Origin: Deltaproteobacteria bacterium
GTDB taxonomy: Bacteria; Desulfobacterota; Desulfarculia; JACQYL01
DNA: 64,000 bases
Direction of reading: 5' to 3'
NCBI GenBank assembly: GCA_016208165.1
Contig: JACQYL010000001.1
Span: 8,099-72,098, forward strand
Made by a program: the position numbers and the translations under genes. A model generated the notes under the pieces. That model had not been told where the DNA came from. It searched no databases and saw only the letters and a list, made by a program, of their open reading frames with translations. Of the stretch, positions 39,198 through 48,614 are shown in pieces. The stretch's first letter is position 1. The number at the start of each line of letters is the position of its first letter.

Positions 39198-39875
39198 ATG
39201 CACGAAAGTCATGTGTCCATCGAAGTAGCGGGTGCGGGCGGCGTGTCGGGTATCGTTTCCATGCCGGGCGATTTCCGCCCGGGTACGGGGACTGCGGTGG
39301 TCCTCGCCCACGGAGCGGGCAATGACATGCACAACCCGTTGCTCGAGGCCGTGGCTTCGGGACTGGCGGATGCCGGGTATCCGGCGCTACGGTTTAATTT
39401 TCCTTACAAGGAACAGGGGCGCAAGGCCCCGGACCGCCGGGAAATCCTCGAGTCGGCCTGGCAATCCGCGTTCGAATTTATGGAAGAACACGACGAAATC
39501 AGACCGGAACGCGTGGTGGCCGCCGGAAAATCCATGGGCGGCCGCATCGCCGCCGAGATGGTGTCCGCCGGCGCACTGCCCGCGGACCGGCTCGTCTTTC
39601 TGGGATATCCGTTGCACGCGCCCGGCGAGAAAGATCGCCTGCGGGATGCCCGTCTTTATGATATTTCGGTTCCCATGCTGTTCTTCGCCGGCTCAAGGGA
39701 CTCTTTATGCGATCTGAAACTTCTCAGGAGCGTGTTGTCCAAACTGAGAGCGCCCTGGGACCTCGAGGTCATTGATGGGGGCGACCATTCCTTTAAGTTG
39801 CCCAGAGCGTCCGGGATTTCAGAAACCGATGTATTTGCCCGTATCGTGAGCAAGATGCTTGACTGGCTCACTTAG
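39198..39875 (+). CDS. alpha/beta hydrolase (dienelactone hydrolase/KANL3-like)
   Basis: Nucleophile elbow GKSMGG and the spacing of Asp/His pockets (DSLCD; GGDHSF). Internal start at MHESHVSIEVAG. Confidence 0.72.
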   Translation: MHESHVSIEVAGAGGVSGIVSMPGDFRPGTGTAVVLAHGAGNDMHNPLLEAVASGLADAGYPALRFNFPYKEQGRKAPDRREILESAWQSAFEFMEEHDEIRPERVVAAGKSMGGRIAAEMVSAGALPADRLVFLGYPLHAPGEKDRLRDARLYDISVPMLFFAGSRDSLCDLKLLRSVLSKLRAPWDLEVIDGGDHSFKLPRASGISETDVFARIVSKMLDWLT

Positions 39876-39971
39876 GCTTTCAGCAACATCAGGCAGGTGT
39901 ATCACGGAATTTTGGCCAAGAACCCGTTCAACAAGCATCCGCCACTCAAAAGATAGGGACCACCACCCACC

Positions 39972-41066
39972 ATGCCGAATACAGACAAGAAACGTTTGAT
40001 GACCCGGTTGCTGAGCCTGACAGGAGCGTTGCTGCTGCTTTTGCTCCTGGGGCTCTGGGTGACGAGGGCGTTCAATGAAAAGATTGCGCCGGACAAAATT
40101 CCTTTGTCCGAGGCCCGCATAGGACCGGGGGATACTCCGGCGGCTGTTGAATGGACCGAAATGCCCCTGGTGGCGGAGGCTGTGGGAACGGTGAGGGCCA
40201 AACACAGCACGCTGATCGCGAGTAAACTCCTCGAACGCGTGGAAAAGGTCAATGTTTATGCAGGAGATCTAGTGAAAGCAGGGGACCTTCTGATCGAGCT
40301 GGACCGCGGGGAGCTCGAGGCCAGGAAGGCGGCGGCCCGGGCAGGCTACGAGTCCGCCAAGGCGGAAGGCATGCTCCGGTCACGGGAATTCCGTCGGGTC
40401 AGCGAACTGTTGGATCGGAAGTCCGCCAGTGAGCAGGAATTCGATCTGGCGAAAATGAAAAAGTCCGCGGCCGAAGCGAATGTCGACAGAGCGTTGGAAG
40501 AAATCCAGGTGGTGGAATCGTCTTTGAAATTTACCCGGATTCCTGCACCCGTCAACGGCAGAATTATCGAACGCATGGTGGAGCCGGGAGATATGGCCGT
40601 ACCCGGAAAAACGCTGCTCACCATGTACGATCCCGCCAATCTGCGACTCGAGGCGACGGTTCGGGAATCGCTGCTGCCGTTCATCCGCCTTGGAATGGAG
40701 CTCGATATGCGAATTGACGCCGGCGATTGCAGTTGTCGGGGCCCCGTCGAAGAAATCGTTCCCCAGGCTTCCGAGACGAGCCGCGCCTTTACGGTGAAGG
40801 TGGTCCTTCCCTATCGTGAGGGGCTTTTCCCCGGTATGTTCGGTCGGCTGTATGTACCTCACGGCGCCACCCACCGGCTCCTCGTTCCCGCATCCGCGGT
40901 CCGACGGATCGGACAGGTTGAACTCGTGGACCTGGTGCGTCCGGACGGGACGGTCGTGCGGCAGGAGGTGCAAACGGGCAGACGGTTCGGGGACCGGCTC
41001 GAGGTCCTTTCGGGAATCGAGTCTCCCGAGCCGGGAGCCCCGCTTCAGCGGGTTCTGCTGCATTGA
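39972..41066 (+). CDS. RND efflux periplasmic adaptor subunit (MFP/HlyD family)
   Basis: Single TM/signal, then a lipoyl/coiled-coil/beta-barrel organisation (VYAGDLVKAGDLLIELD...). Confidence 0.85.
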   Translation: MPNTDKKRLMTRLLSLTGALLLLLLLGLWVTRAFNEKIAPDKIPLSEARIGPGDTPAAVEWTEMPLVAEAVGTVRAKHSTLIASKLLERVEKVNVYAGDLVKAGDLLIELDRGELEARKAAARAGYESAKAEGMLRSREFRRVSELLDRKSASEQEFDLAKMKKSAAEANVDRALEEIQVVESSLKFTRIPAPVNGRIIERMVEPGDMAVPGKTLLTMYDPANLRLEATVRESLLPFIRLGMELDMRIDAGDCSCRGPVEEIVPQASETSRAFTVKVVLPYREGLFPGMFGRLYVPHGATHRLLVPASAVRRIGQVELVDLVRPDGTVVRQEVQTGRRFGDRLEVLSGIESPEPGAPLQRVLLH

Positions 41067-41100
41067 TGCGAGACAGACTTTGATAACGTTGAGGTGACGA

Positions 41101-44100
41101 GTGTCTGAAGTGTCTCAGCAAAGGGATGGCGTGATCGGAGGTGTGGTCCGGGCCTTCATCAGCCGGAATCTGTCCGTTCTGCTGATCCTGTTCGCGCTGG
41201 CCGCCGGTATGGGCGCTCTCCTGATGACCCCCCGAGAGGAAGATCCCCAGATCGTAGTCCCCATGGCGGACGTGTTCGTCCGCATGCCCGGTTTCAGCGC
41301 CGGCGAGGTCGAGCGACTGGTGGCCACGCGTCTCGAAAAACTGCTCTACCAGATCGACGGAGTGGAATACGTTTACAGCATGTCCAAACCCAACCTGGCC
41401 GTGGTGACGGTTCGGTTCTATGTGGGCGAGGATCGGGAAGACAGTCTCATTCGTTTGTACAACAAGATTCAGATGAATGTGGATTTTATTCCACCGGGAG
41501 TTACGGGATGGGTCGTAAAACCGGTGGAAATAGACGACGTTCCCATTCTGTGCGCCACGTTGTTCAGCCGGCGATACAAGGAGTACGAACTCCGGCGGGT
41601 GGCGGAAGAACTGGAAATCGAGCTTCAGGCTATTCCCGATACGGGCGTAACCAGAATCGTTGGGGGACTCCGGCGCCGACTCAACGTGCGTTTGGATGCG
41701 GAGGCCATGGCCGCTCATGGTCTGCAGCCTTTGGACCTGTCCCGGGCTCTTGCGGCCGCCAACGTTACGTTAAGAGCCGGTTCGTTTGACTCGGTCAATC
41801 GGGAACAGGTTGTGGACGCGGGCGATGCACTGGCTCGTCCGGAAGACGTCATGAACCTGGTGGTGGGCGTTCACGAGAGCCGGCCGGTGTACCTCCGGGA
41901 TGTGGCGCGGGTTTCGGATGGTTCCGACGAAATCGACAGCTATACCCGTTTCGGTTTCGGACCGGCGGCGGACCCTCGATGGACCGGTTCGGACCATCAG
42001 GCTTCCCCGGGTCCTTATCCTTCGGTTACCATTGCCGTCGCCAAGAAGAAAGGCGCCAACGCCATAAGCGTCTCCCGGGCCGTTCAGGCTCGACTGGAGG
42101 AGCTCAGGAGCACGGTTCTGCCGGACGGAATGGACATCGCCATTACCCGGGATTACGGCCGGACAGCCAACGACAAGGTGAACGACTTAGTGGAATCCCT
42201 CATCGTTGCAGGGATTATCGTGGCCGGGCTGATTCTGTTTTCCATGGGGTGGCGCGAAGCCTTCATTGTAGTTACCGCGGTGCCCATAACGTTCAGTTTG
42301 TCGCTTCTGGTCAACTACCTGGCCGGCTATACCATCAATCGGGTGACCCTTTTCGCCCTGATCCTGTCTCTGGGATTGGTGGTGGACGACCCCATCACCA
42401 ATGTGGACAACATCCAGCGGCACATACGCATGCGCCTGCGCAAACCGTTGGACGCCACGATTGCCGCGGTGCAGGAGGTGTTGCCGCCGGTGATTCTTTC
42501 CACGCTGGCCATCATTGTTAGCTTCACGCCCATGTTCTTTATCACGGGCATGATGGGTCCTTACATGAGGCCCATGGCGATCAACGTGCCGTTGGCGGTG
42601 ACGTTCAGCACTGTGTGCGCCCTTACCATCGTGCCCTGGCTCAGTTATTATCTGCTGCGAAAACAGGGAGAGAGCGAGTCGGCCGAAACCGTTCCTCGAG
42701 ATGTGACGCCGGCCTGGCTGCGCAAAAGCTACAGCCGGATTATGCGTCCGTTTCTATCCTCGTCCTATTGGCGTTTCCTGCTGCTCGCCGGGACGGTGGT
42801 TCTGTTTTTCGGAGCCGTGTCTCTGGCCGCCCTAGGGCTGGTACCGCTCAAGATGCTGCCGTTCGACAACAAGAATGAGCTGCAGATCGTGGTGGACATG
42901 CCCGAAGGAACGACCCTCGAGCGCACGGCGGAAGCCACGGACGCCATAGCCGGGTATCTGCCGAGTGTACCCGAGATGACCGATTATACCACGTATGTGG
43001 GCCTTTCGAGCCCCATGGACTTTAACGGTCTGGTGCGGCACTATTATCTTCGGGAAGGCAGCAATGTGTCCGACATCCGAGTGAACCTGATCGACAAATA
43101 TCACCGCGAGCAGCAGAGTCACGCCATCGCGCTGCGGATCCGAAAGGATATCGAGCACATAGCCGAACGGTTCCATGCCAATGTTAAAATCGTGGAAATT
43201 CCGCCGGGACCGCCCGTTATCGCCACCATAACGGCCGAAATATACGGAGCGCCTTACAGCACCTACCAAGAAATGATCGAAGCCTCGGGCATGGTTCGGG
43301 ACATGATGGCCAAGGAGCCTCTGCTCGTGGATCTGGACGTTTCGGTGGAATTTCCTCAAACTCTGTATGTGTTCAAAGTGGACAAAGTGAAAGCCGCTTT
43401 GAACGGCGTTTCCACCGAGGATATTGCCCGTACGGTGCAGATGGCTCTGGGGGGAGCGGACGCCGGGGTGGTGCATCTTCCACACGAAGCGAATCCGTTC
43501 AACATCTATCTGCAACTTCCGATGGCTCGAAGATCAACGTTGCAGGACCTCAAGGCGCTTTATGTCCGGGGGAATCCGGGCGTGCCGGTGCAGATTGCCG
43601 AACTGGGTCTTTTCACGGAGTCGACCGTGGATCAGACGATCTACCATAAGAATCTCCGCCGCCTGGTGTACATTTATGGTGAATTGGCGGGCCGACCGCC
43701 GGCGGAAGCGATTTTCAGCATGCAACGGAAGCTCGAACGAAACCCCTTGCCGGAAGGATTTCAGGTCGAATGGACGGGTGAAGGAGAATGGAAGATCACG
43801 GTGGATGTGTTCAGAGATCTAGGAATCGCCTTCGCCGTTGCGTTTTTGGGTATATACATTCTCCTGGTGTACGAAACGAGGAGCTACCTGATTCCCTGCG
43901 TATTGTTGATCGCGGTGCCTCTGACCATCATCGGCATCATGCCCGGCTTCTGGCTGCTCAACGCGGTGACGGGAGGACAGGTGGGAGGTTACCCGAATCC
44001 GATTTTCTTCACGGCCACCGCGATGATCGGGACCATTGCCCTGGCGGGCATCGTGGTTCGCAACTCCGTGGTGCTGATCACCTTCATAAGGGACGAACTC

Positions 44101-44355
44101 GCCGAGGGACAGTCCCTCGAGGCCGCCATACTATCGAGCGGAGCCGTGCGCATGCGGCCCATTTTCCTGACGGCCGCGACTACGGCGCTGAGCGCCTGGC
44201 CCATAACCCTGGCCCCCATATTTTCCGGTCTGGCCTGGGCGTTGATCTTCGGGCTGTTCGTGTCAACGGCGTTCTCACTAGTAATGGTTCCCGTGGTCTA
44301 TTTCATGATATATAGGAAGCGGTTCGGAACGAGTGGAGCATACGGGGGATCGTGA
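41101..44355 (+). CDS. RND efflux transporter (AcrB/HAE family) inner-membrane pump
   Basis: 1084 aa with 12 TM helices and two large periplasmic loops. The antisense ORFs are rejected. Confidence 0.9.
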   Translation: MSEVSQQRDGVIGGVVRAFISRNLSVLLILFALAAGMGALLMTPREEDPQIVVPMADVFVRMPGFSAGEVERLVATRLEKLLYQIDGVEYVYSMSKPNLAVVTVRFYVGEDREDSLIRLYNKIQMNVDFIPPGVTGWVVKPVEIDDVPILCATLFSRRYKEYELRRVAEELEIELQAIPDTGVTRIVGGLRRRLNVRLDAEAMAAHGLQPLDLSRALAAANVTLRAGSFDSVNREQVVDAGDALARPEDVMNLVVGVHESRPVYLRDVARVSDGSDEIDSYTRFGFGPAADPRWTGSDHQASPGPYPSVTIAVAKKKGANAISVSRAVQARLEELRSTVLPDGMDIAITRDYGRTANDKVNDLVESLIVAGIIVAGLILFSMGWREAFIVVTAVPITFSLSLLVNYLAGYTINRVTLFALILSLGLVVDDPITNVDNIQRHIRMRLRKPLDATIAAVQEVLPPVILSTLAIIVSFTPMFFITGMMGPYMRPMAINVPLAVTFSTVCALTIVPWLSYYLLRKQGESESAETVPRDVTPAWLRKSYSRIMRPFLSSSYWRFLLLAGTVVLFFGAVSLAALGLVPLKMLPFDNKNELQIVVDMPEGTTLERTAEATDAIAGYLPSVPEMTDYTTYVGLSSPMDFNGLVRHYYLREGSNVSDIRVNLIDKYHREQQSHAIALRIRKDIEHIAERFHANVKIVEIPPGPPVIATITAEIYGAPYSTYQEMIEASGMVRDMMAKEPLLVDLDVSVEFPQTLYVFKVDKVKAALNGVSTEDIARTVQMALGGADAGVVHLPHEANPFNIYLQLPMARRSTLQDLKALYVRGNPGVPVQIAELGLFTESTVDQTIYHKNLRRLVYIYGELAGRPPAEAIFSMQRKLERNPLPEGFQVEWTGEGEWKITVDVFRDLGIAFAVAFLGIYILLVYETRSYLIPCVLLIAVPLTIIGIMPGFWLLNAVTGGQVGGYPNPIFFTATAMIGTIALAGIVVRNSVVLITFIRDELAEGQSLEAAILSSGAVRMRPIFLTAATTALSAWPITLAPIFSGLAWALIFGLFVSTAFSLVMVPVVYFMIYRKRFGTSGAYGGS

Positions 44356-44867
44356 AAGGGGACAAAATCCGACCGATCGAGATGAAAGAAACAGACGCTC
44401 CTGATCCGGAAGCATTTTCGCCGTCCGGGAGTGCGACTGACGGCGCCTCGCGCCGAAGCGTGCTGTTTCTGATTTGGGCCCTTGTCCTAATAGTTTTGGC
44501 GGTCATGCTTCGAAGCATCTCTGCTTTCCTGGCGGCAAGCGGGCCGAAGGAAAAGGTACGATATCCCGTGCCCATGCCTGAGCGGTTCCCTTTCAAAGGA
44601 GCCGAATTCTGGCTGGACCGCGACGACCAAGGCCTGTTCGCGTTCCTGGATCGTTGCCCTCATCTGGGGTGCAAACCCGTTTACTATCCGGATCGGAAGG
44701 AATATGTTTGTCCCTGCCACGGAAGCCGTTTCTCGGAAGGCGGAATATACGAGTCCGGTCCGGCCCGAAAGAGCATGCAACGGATCCTGGTCCGCCGTGG
44801 GCGGGATGACGAACTTATGGTCGATCTCCGAGAAAACGTGTCCGAGTCCTACCGGGTAGGCGTGTAG
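44352..44867 (+). CDS. membrane-anchored Rieske [2Fe-2S] protein with Tat-type signal
   Basis: The CPHLGC...(17)...CPCHGS Rieske boxes. N-terminal SRRSVLFLIWALVLIV is a twin-arginine motif plus TM. The GTG start overlaps the RND pump stop (GTGA) with SD GGGGGA. Confidence 0.75.
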   Translation: MKGDKIRPIEMKETDAPDPEAFSPSGSATDGASRRSVLFLIWALVLIVLAVMLRSISAFLAASGPKEKVRYPVPMPERFPFKGAEFWLDRDDQGLFAFLDRCPHLGCKPVYYPDRKEYVCPCHGSRFSEGGIYESGPARKSMQRILVRRGRDDELMVDLRENVSESYRVGV

Positions 44868-45013
44868 CGCATGAGCGCTTTACCGCCCCTTGAAGCCTCT
44901 CCCGAATCGGTATTTCCCGCCTGTTTCAACAACCATGGTCTATGACGCATTCCCGATGCCATGGGATTGAATCGACTTTGGTTCGTTGCAGAATTTTCGT
45001 TTCAGTACCCTTT

Positions 45014-45937
45014 TCAAATGAAGTTCCTGTAGTCAAATGTCTCGAGGTACTGCCAGGTCCGGATGCGGATCTCCTCGCGCTCTTCGACCGATAGTTCGGC
45101 GGCGGTAGCCTTGTTTGCCTCGGGTGTCGCCTTTTTGATGGTCCCCCACGGGTAGACCTCCTCGAGGGGTATTGAATTGAACGTCGGTTGGCCAAGGCTG
45201 TGGGCCGACTCGAGACCAAGCTTCTCACAGATTGCTCCGAGCGTCTTTTCAGGGGAAGCCATCACATCCTCGGTCCGCACTATGTGAAGCCTTCCCGGAA
45301 ATTTCTTCCGGCCCAGGAGCGCAAAATGCTGGTTGAGGTTCCAGCCCAGGATGTAGTTCGCCAAGCTCATCGGGACCGGCCTCTTCTTGGTATCGGCGTA
45401 CGCTGACCATGGATTTCGAACAACATGGAGAAAATGTGCATTGGGGAAATCATAAAAAATCTTCTCGAAATCCACAACGACTATCGGACTGTATCCGACG
45501 TATAAGGTCCGTTTCCCATTGTGCCTGTAGTCTTTCCACGCATCGAAGGTGGACTTGAAGAATGCCGCTATGTTTGTCGACCTCGACCTGCCTGATTCCC
45601 TGATATAGCTCTGATAGATTTCGCGGCGATTGTCGTCGGAAAAGTCGAAGGGCATATGGCGAAACTTGCTCGCATGAGGCGTTCGTGCTCGAATCTTGCA
45701 CTCCTCATCGATAATCGCCTTGTAGTCGTCGATGGCCGAGGCGTTGAGTTCAAAAGCAGGCCAACGGTATTTCACGGGGAAAACGGATGAGAGCATATCC
45801 TGGACCAGGCAGGTCCCGATCTGCGATTCGAAAGGATACACAAACATCTGGGGATGACCGTCAAACAGTCGGTGGGTGACGTTTCCTCCGTTCTCATACA
45901 TCGCGCCGATCATTAGCAACCGGAATTCCATTTCCAT
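45014..45937 (-). CDS. sulfotransferase-family protein
   Basis: P-loop-like 5'-PSB region and ..HFLHVVRNPWS.. typical of Sulfotransfer_1/3. Confidence 0.72.
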   Translation of the reverse strand: MEMEFRLLMIGAMYENGGNVTHRLFDGHPQMFVYPFESQIGTCLVQDMLSSVFPVKYRWPAFELNASAIDDYKAIIDEECKIRARTPHASKFRHMPFDFSDDNRREIYQSYIRESGRSRSTNIAAFFKSTFDAWKDYRHNGKRTLYVGYSPIVVVDFEKIFYDFPNAHFLHVVRNPWSAYADTKKRPVPMSLANYILGWNLNQHFALLGRKKFPGRLHIVRTEDVMASPEKTLGAICEKLGLESAHSLGQPTFNSIPLEEVYPWGTIKKATPEANKATAAELSVEEREEIRIRTWQYLETFDYRNFI

Positions 45938-46039
45938 GTATTCTTGCGCCTCGCGTCGAGGTTTTCCGATGGTGAACTCCGCGTCGGAAAAAAACCTTTC
46001 GGCATCAATTGCGAAGGTATTTCGCCGGGCGGAACTCGG

Positions 46040-47227
46040 TCAGGTTCTAAAATTATAGAAAAGTTCCTCGATCTCCACTTTCCGGGTCCTGCCATTTCCC
46101 GGCAGGGGAAAACCTGAAACGCAGCCGGCGGGCAGCCATTCGATGGAAAAAACCTGGTTCCCGTGTGGCCAGATGAGGCTCCCAATGATCTCTCCCGACC
46201 TTACATCCACCATGTGAATGCCGCATATACTACTCTCGATATCCAGTCCCGGAGCGTATTGGCCGAAACGGGGAATGACCTTCGATGTGCCCAGGAATGC
46301 AATATCTTCATGGAAGCAAAGTCCCCGTGTCCAACCGTTCAGTCTTACCACAGCCTCGAATTTTCCGTCGTCTATGAAGCCCATCTCGCCGTACCCGCTG
46401 TTATCGACCCATAACCGGCCCCGGTGAAGTCGCGCCGAATGCGGCCTGGTAAGACCTCGCGCCACGGGCTCGCCCGTTTTCCCGGAGAAGATCACACCTC
46501 TTCCTTTAACCGGGAAATTCCTGTGACCAGGACGCCTGGATGAGATACGCTCCGATGAGGCCGAGAAAAAGGATTCGTTGATGGAGTTCCCGGCGGCTAT
46601 GGAATTCAACTGGAGATAATTTATCCCCAGAGAGGGTTCCGACCCGGTTTCGATGCACCGGGGCCACCAGACGTGCTCGAACCTGCCGTCATTTCCCAGG
46701 CGAATCACTGAGTTGTTTCCCACTGAATTGGCGTGTAGTTCCCGGCCGATGAGTGCTATGTCGTGAATATACAGACAGCCGGGGAAAAACCTGGAGCCCA
46801 CGGGCACGAGGCTCTTATCGCCACCGGTCCCGCGCCATTTCGCTTCCTTGCGTTCCTGCCGCCCGCGAGCGGGAAGGAATTCGAAAATCTGGTTTGGATT
46901 CCGAGTGCTTGCTACATATAGTCTGCAGGCTTGTCTGTCCACGGCCAGGCCGGAAGGATGAGGAATCGGCCATCTGGTGACCCGTCCATTCCCTTTTCCA
47001 TCGGTCCCCAGGGCGATCAGCGAGTGCTCGTATTCCCTGCTGACGATGAGGGTTATTTCCGCGGATTCCAGAGTGTCCCACCACTTGCCGCTTACGTAAA
47101 ACTCGAGAAGCCTTGGATCGATACTACCGGCCCCGTCCCACAGTCCCGCAACCTGGGCCGGATTTCTCCAAAGAGCTTCGTTTCTGCCCCACAAACCGTC
47201 CGGTTCGGTCCATGAAACGCCTTTCAT
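46040..47227 (-). CDS. conserved hypothetical protein of the TIGR03032-like family (glycan-cluster associated)
   Basis: 395 aa, beta-propeller-like. The family call comes from overall pattern and its recurrent neighbourhood with sulfotransferases and glycosyltransferases. Confidence 0.6.
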   Translation of the reverse strand: MKGVSWTEPDGLWGRNEALWRNPAQVAGLWDGAGSIDPRLLEFYVSGKWWDTLESAEITLIVSREYEHSLIALGTDGKGNGRVTRWPIPHPSGLAVDRQACRLYVASTRNPNQIFEFLPARGRQERKEAKWRGTGGDKSLVPVGSRFFPGCLYIHDIALIGRELHANSVGNNSVIRLGNDGRFEHVWWPRCIETGSEPSLGINYLQLNSIAAGNSINESFFSASSERISSRRPGHRNFPVKGRGVIFSGKTGEPVARGLTRPHSARLHRGRLWVDNSGYGEMGFIDDGKFEAVVRLNGWTRGLCFHEDIAFLGTSKVIPRFGQYAPGLDIESSICGIHMVDVRSGEIIGSLIWPHGNQVFSIEWLPAGCVSGFPLPGNGRTRKVEIEELFYNFRT

Positions 47228-47919
47228 TTGCGACCTCCGGGCGAATTCAGGTAAAATCCAAAGGCCCCTCCGTACATTCTCAGCGCCGATAAAATGCCTG
47301 TGGTGCTTTTTCCTCCGTGCCGGGGCGTCAGGTTAATCGGGAATTCCACTATCCTGTACCCATTCATGGTGCACCGGAAAATAAACTCCATGTCGAAGAG
47401 GTCGCCGTCCTCGGATAGTGTAAGCAGGTGCTTAAAATCCCTGGGAAATAACTTGGGGGTACCGTTTATGTCCCAAACCGGAATGTCGAACAGCATCCGG
47501 CATTGGATATTATAGAGGATGGAGCCCAGCCTGCGCAGGGCAGTTTCGCGAATTTTGCGATTGGCCTTGACCACGATTCCGGGGTTGTCCAAAGCGAACT
47601 GGATTGAAAACAGGAGATCGTCGGCCGTGGTACGGGCGGAATTGGTGAAGCACAGAAGATTGCCGCCCGCGGAACTCATGCCCAGTTTTACGGCAAGCCC
47701 CCAGCCACCGGTGCGACTGACAATCAGGCGGACATTCTCGCGCCTCTCCGCGAGGTCCCGGCAGAGGGCCTCCGAGTTGTCACGGCAGCCGTTTACTACC
47801 AGTATGATTTCATAAGGGACGGTGAGCTCGGCGAGCTTCTCCGCGTACTCGTTTACAACGGTTCGGATGTGATCAGCCTGATTGCAAATGGGAAGAACTA
47901 TAGAGCAGAGCGTGTACAT
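47224..47919 (-). CDS. family 2 glycosyltransferase
   Basis: Internal Met MYTLCSIVLPICNQADHI...ILVVNGCRDNS is GT-A with a DxD-type motif. The stop overlaps the upstream gene start (ATGA). Confidence 0.8.
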   Translation of the reverse strand: MYTLCSIVLPICNQADHIRTVVNEYAEKLAELTVPYEIILVVNGCRDNSEALCRDLAERRENVRLIVSRTGGWGLAVKLGMSSAGGNLLCFTNSARTTADDLLFSIQFALDNPGIVVKANRKIRETALRRLGSILYNIQCRMLFDIPVWDINGTPKLFPRDFKHLLTLSEDGDLFDMEFIFRCTMNGYRIVEFPINLTPRHGGKSTTGILSALRMYGGAFGFYLNSPGGRK

Positions 47920-48141
47920 CGGTACAAGTCCAGTAATGTAAGAATGGCGCCGGCCGGTTCGTCGGAGGCGCGGGATTAGAGGCACAAATACCGGTCTCGG
48001 GAGCGCGGACACGAATGGAACAACGCCGAGCATTTGCAGAACTTTCCGCCGCCCCCGCTTTGCAGGTGCATTCAATTTCGACTAAATTCCGTCTTACCAT
48101 GGGGGTAACTCGGTTGGGAAGCGGTTTTCCACGGTGATTCG

Positions 48142-48195
48142 CTTCTATCTTAATATCTAGGTGACAACATTAGCTTATCCTAATATCTGGTCAAC
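48142..48195 (+). repeat. direct repeat CTTaTCyTAATATCTrGgT-AAC x2 (30-bp spacing) in divergent promoter region
   Basis: Seen directly. The TAATATCT cores lie at 48151 and 48181. Confidence 0.5.
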
Positions 48196-48614
48196 TTCCT
48201 CACGGTCGTGTATAAAGGGCGCCTCATGACACTTCAGCCGGAGGTTCCCTGCTTTGAACTTTCGGGAAGTCTTTGTTAGACTTGTTGTGCGACGGGAAGA
48301 GCAGCCCTATCATGAACTGAGGGGTAAACATCGCGAAGGACTGTTACACCCCAAGAAAGCAGGTACCCTGTCCCAAGAAGGTGATGAAGAACCTAAGCGC
48401 ACTAAGACCATAGAACCCGGACGCTCAAATGTATTGGACGCCATCGGCGCGTTGCGCGAACCATCGCAAGTACTCCCGAGGGCTCGTCCACGAAGCCAAA
48501 AGCGGTCAGGTCATGCTCAGGAAATTCGAGGGATACTCGCTTCCGGCGGATCCTTCTCCGTAGAACCAATTAAGTTCCACTGCAGCTGCTCAACACGGGT
48601 ATCGAGGTGCGATA

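Noticed and set aside
40380-41718. two overlapping minus-strand ORFs (227 and 309 aa)
   Set aside because: Antisense to the MFP/RND genes. Arg/Pro-rich junk translation.
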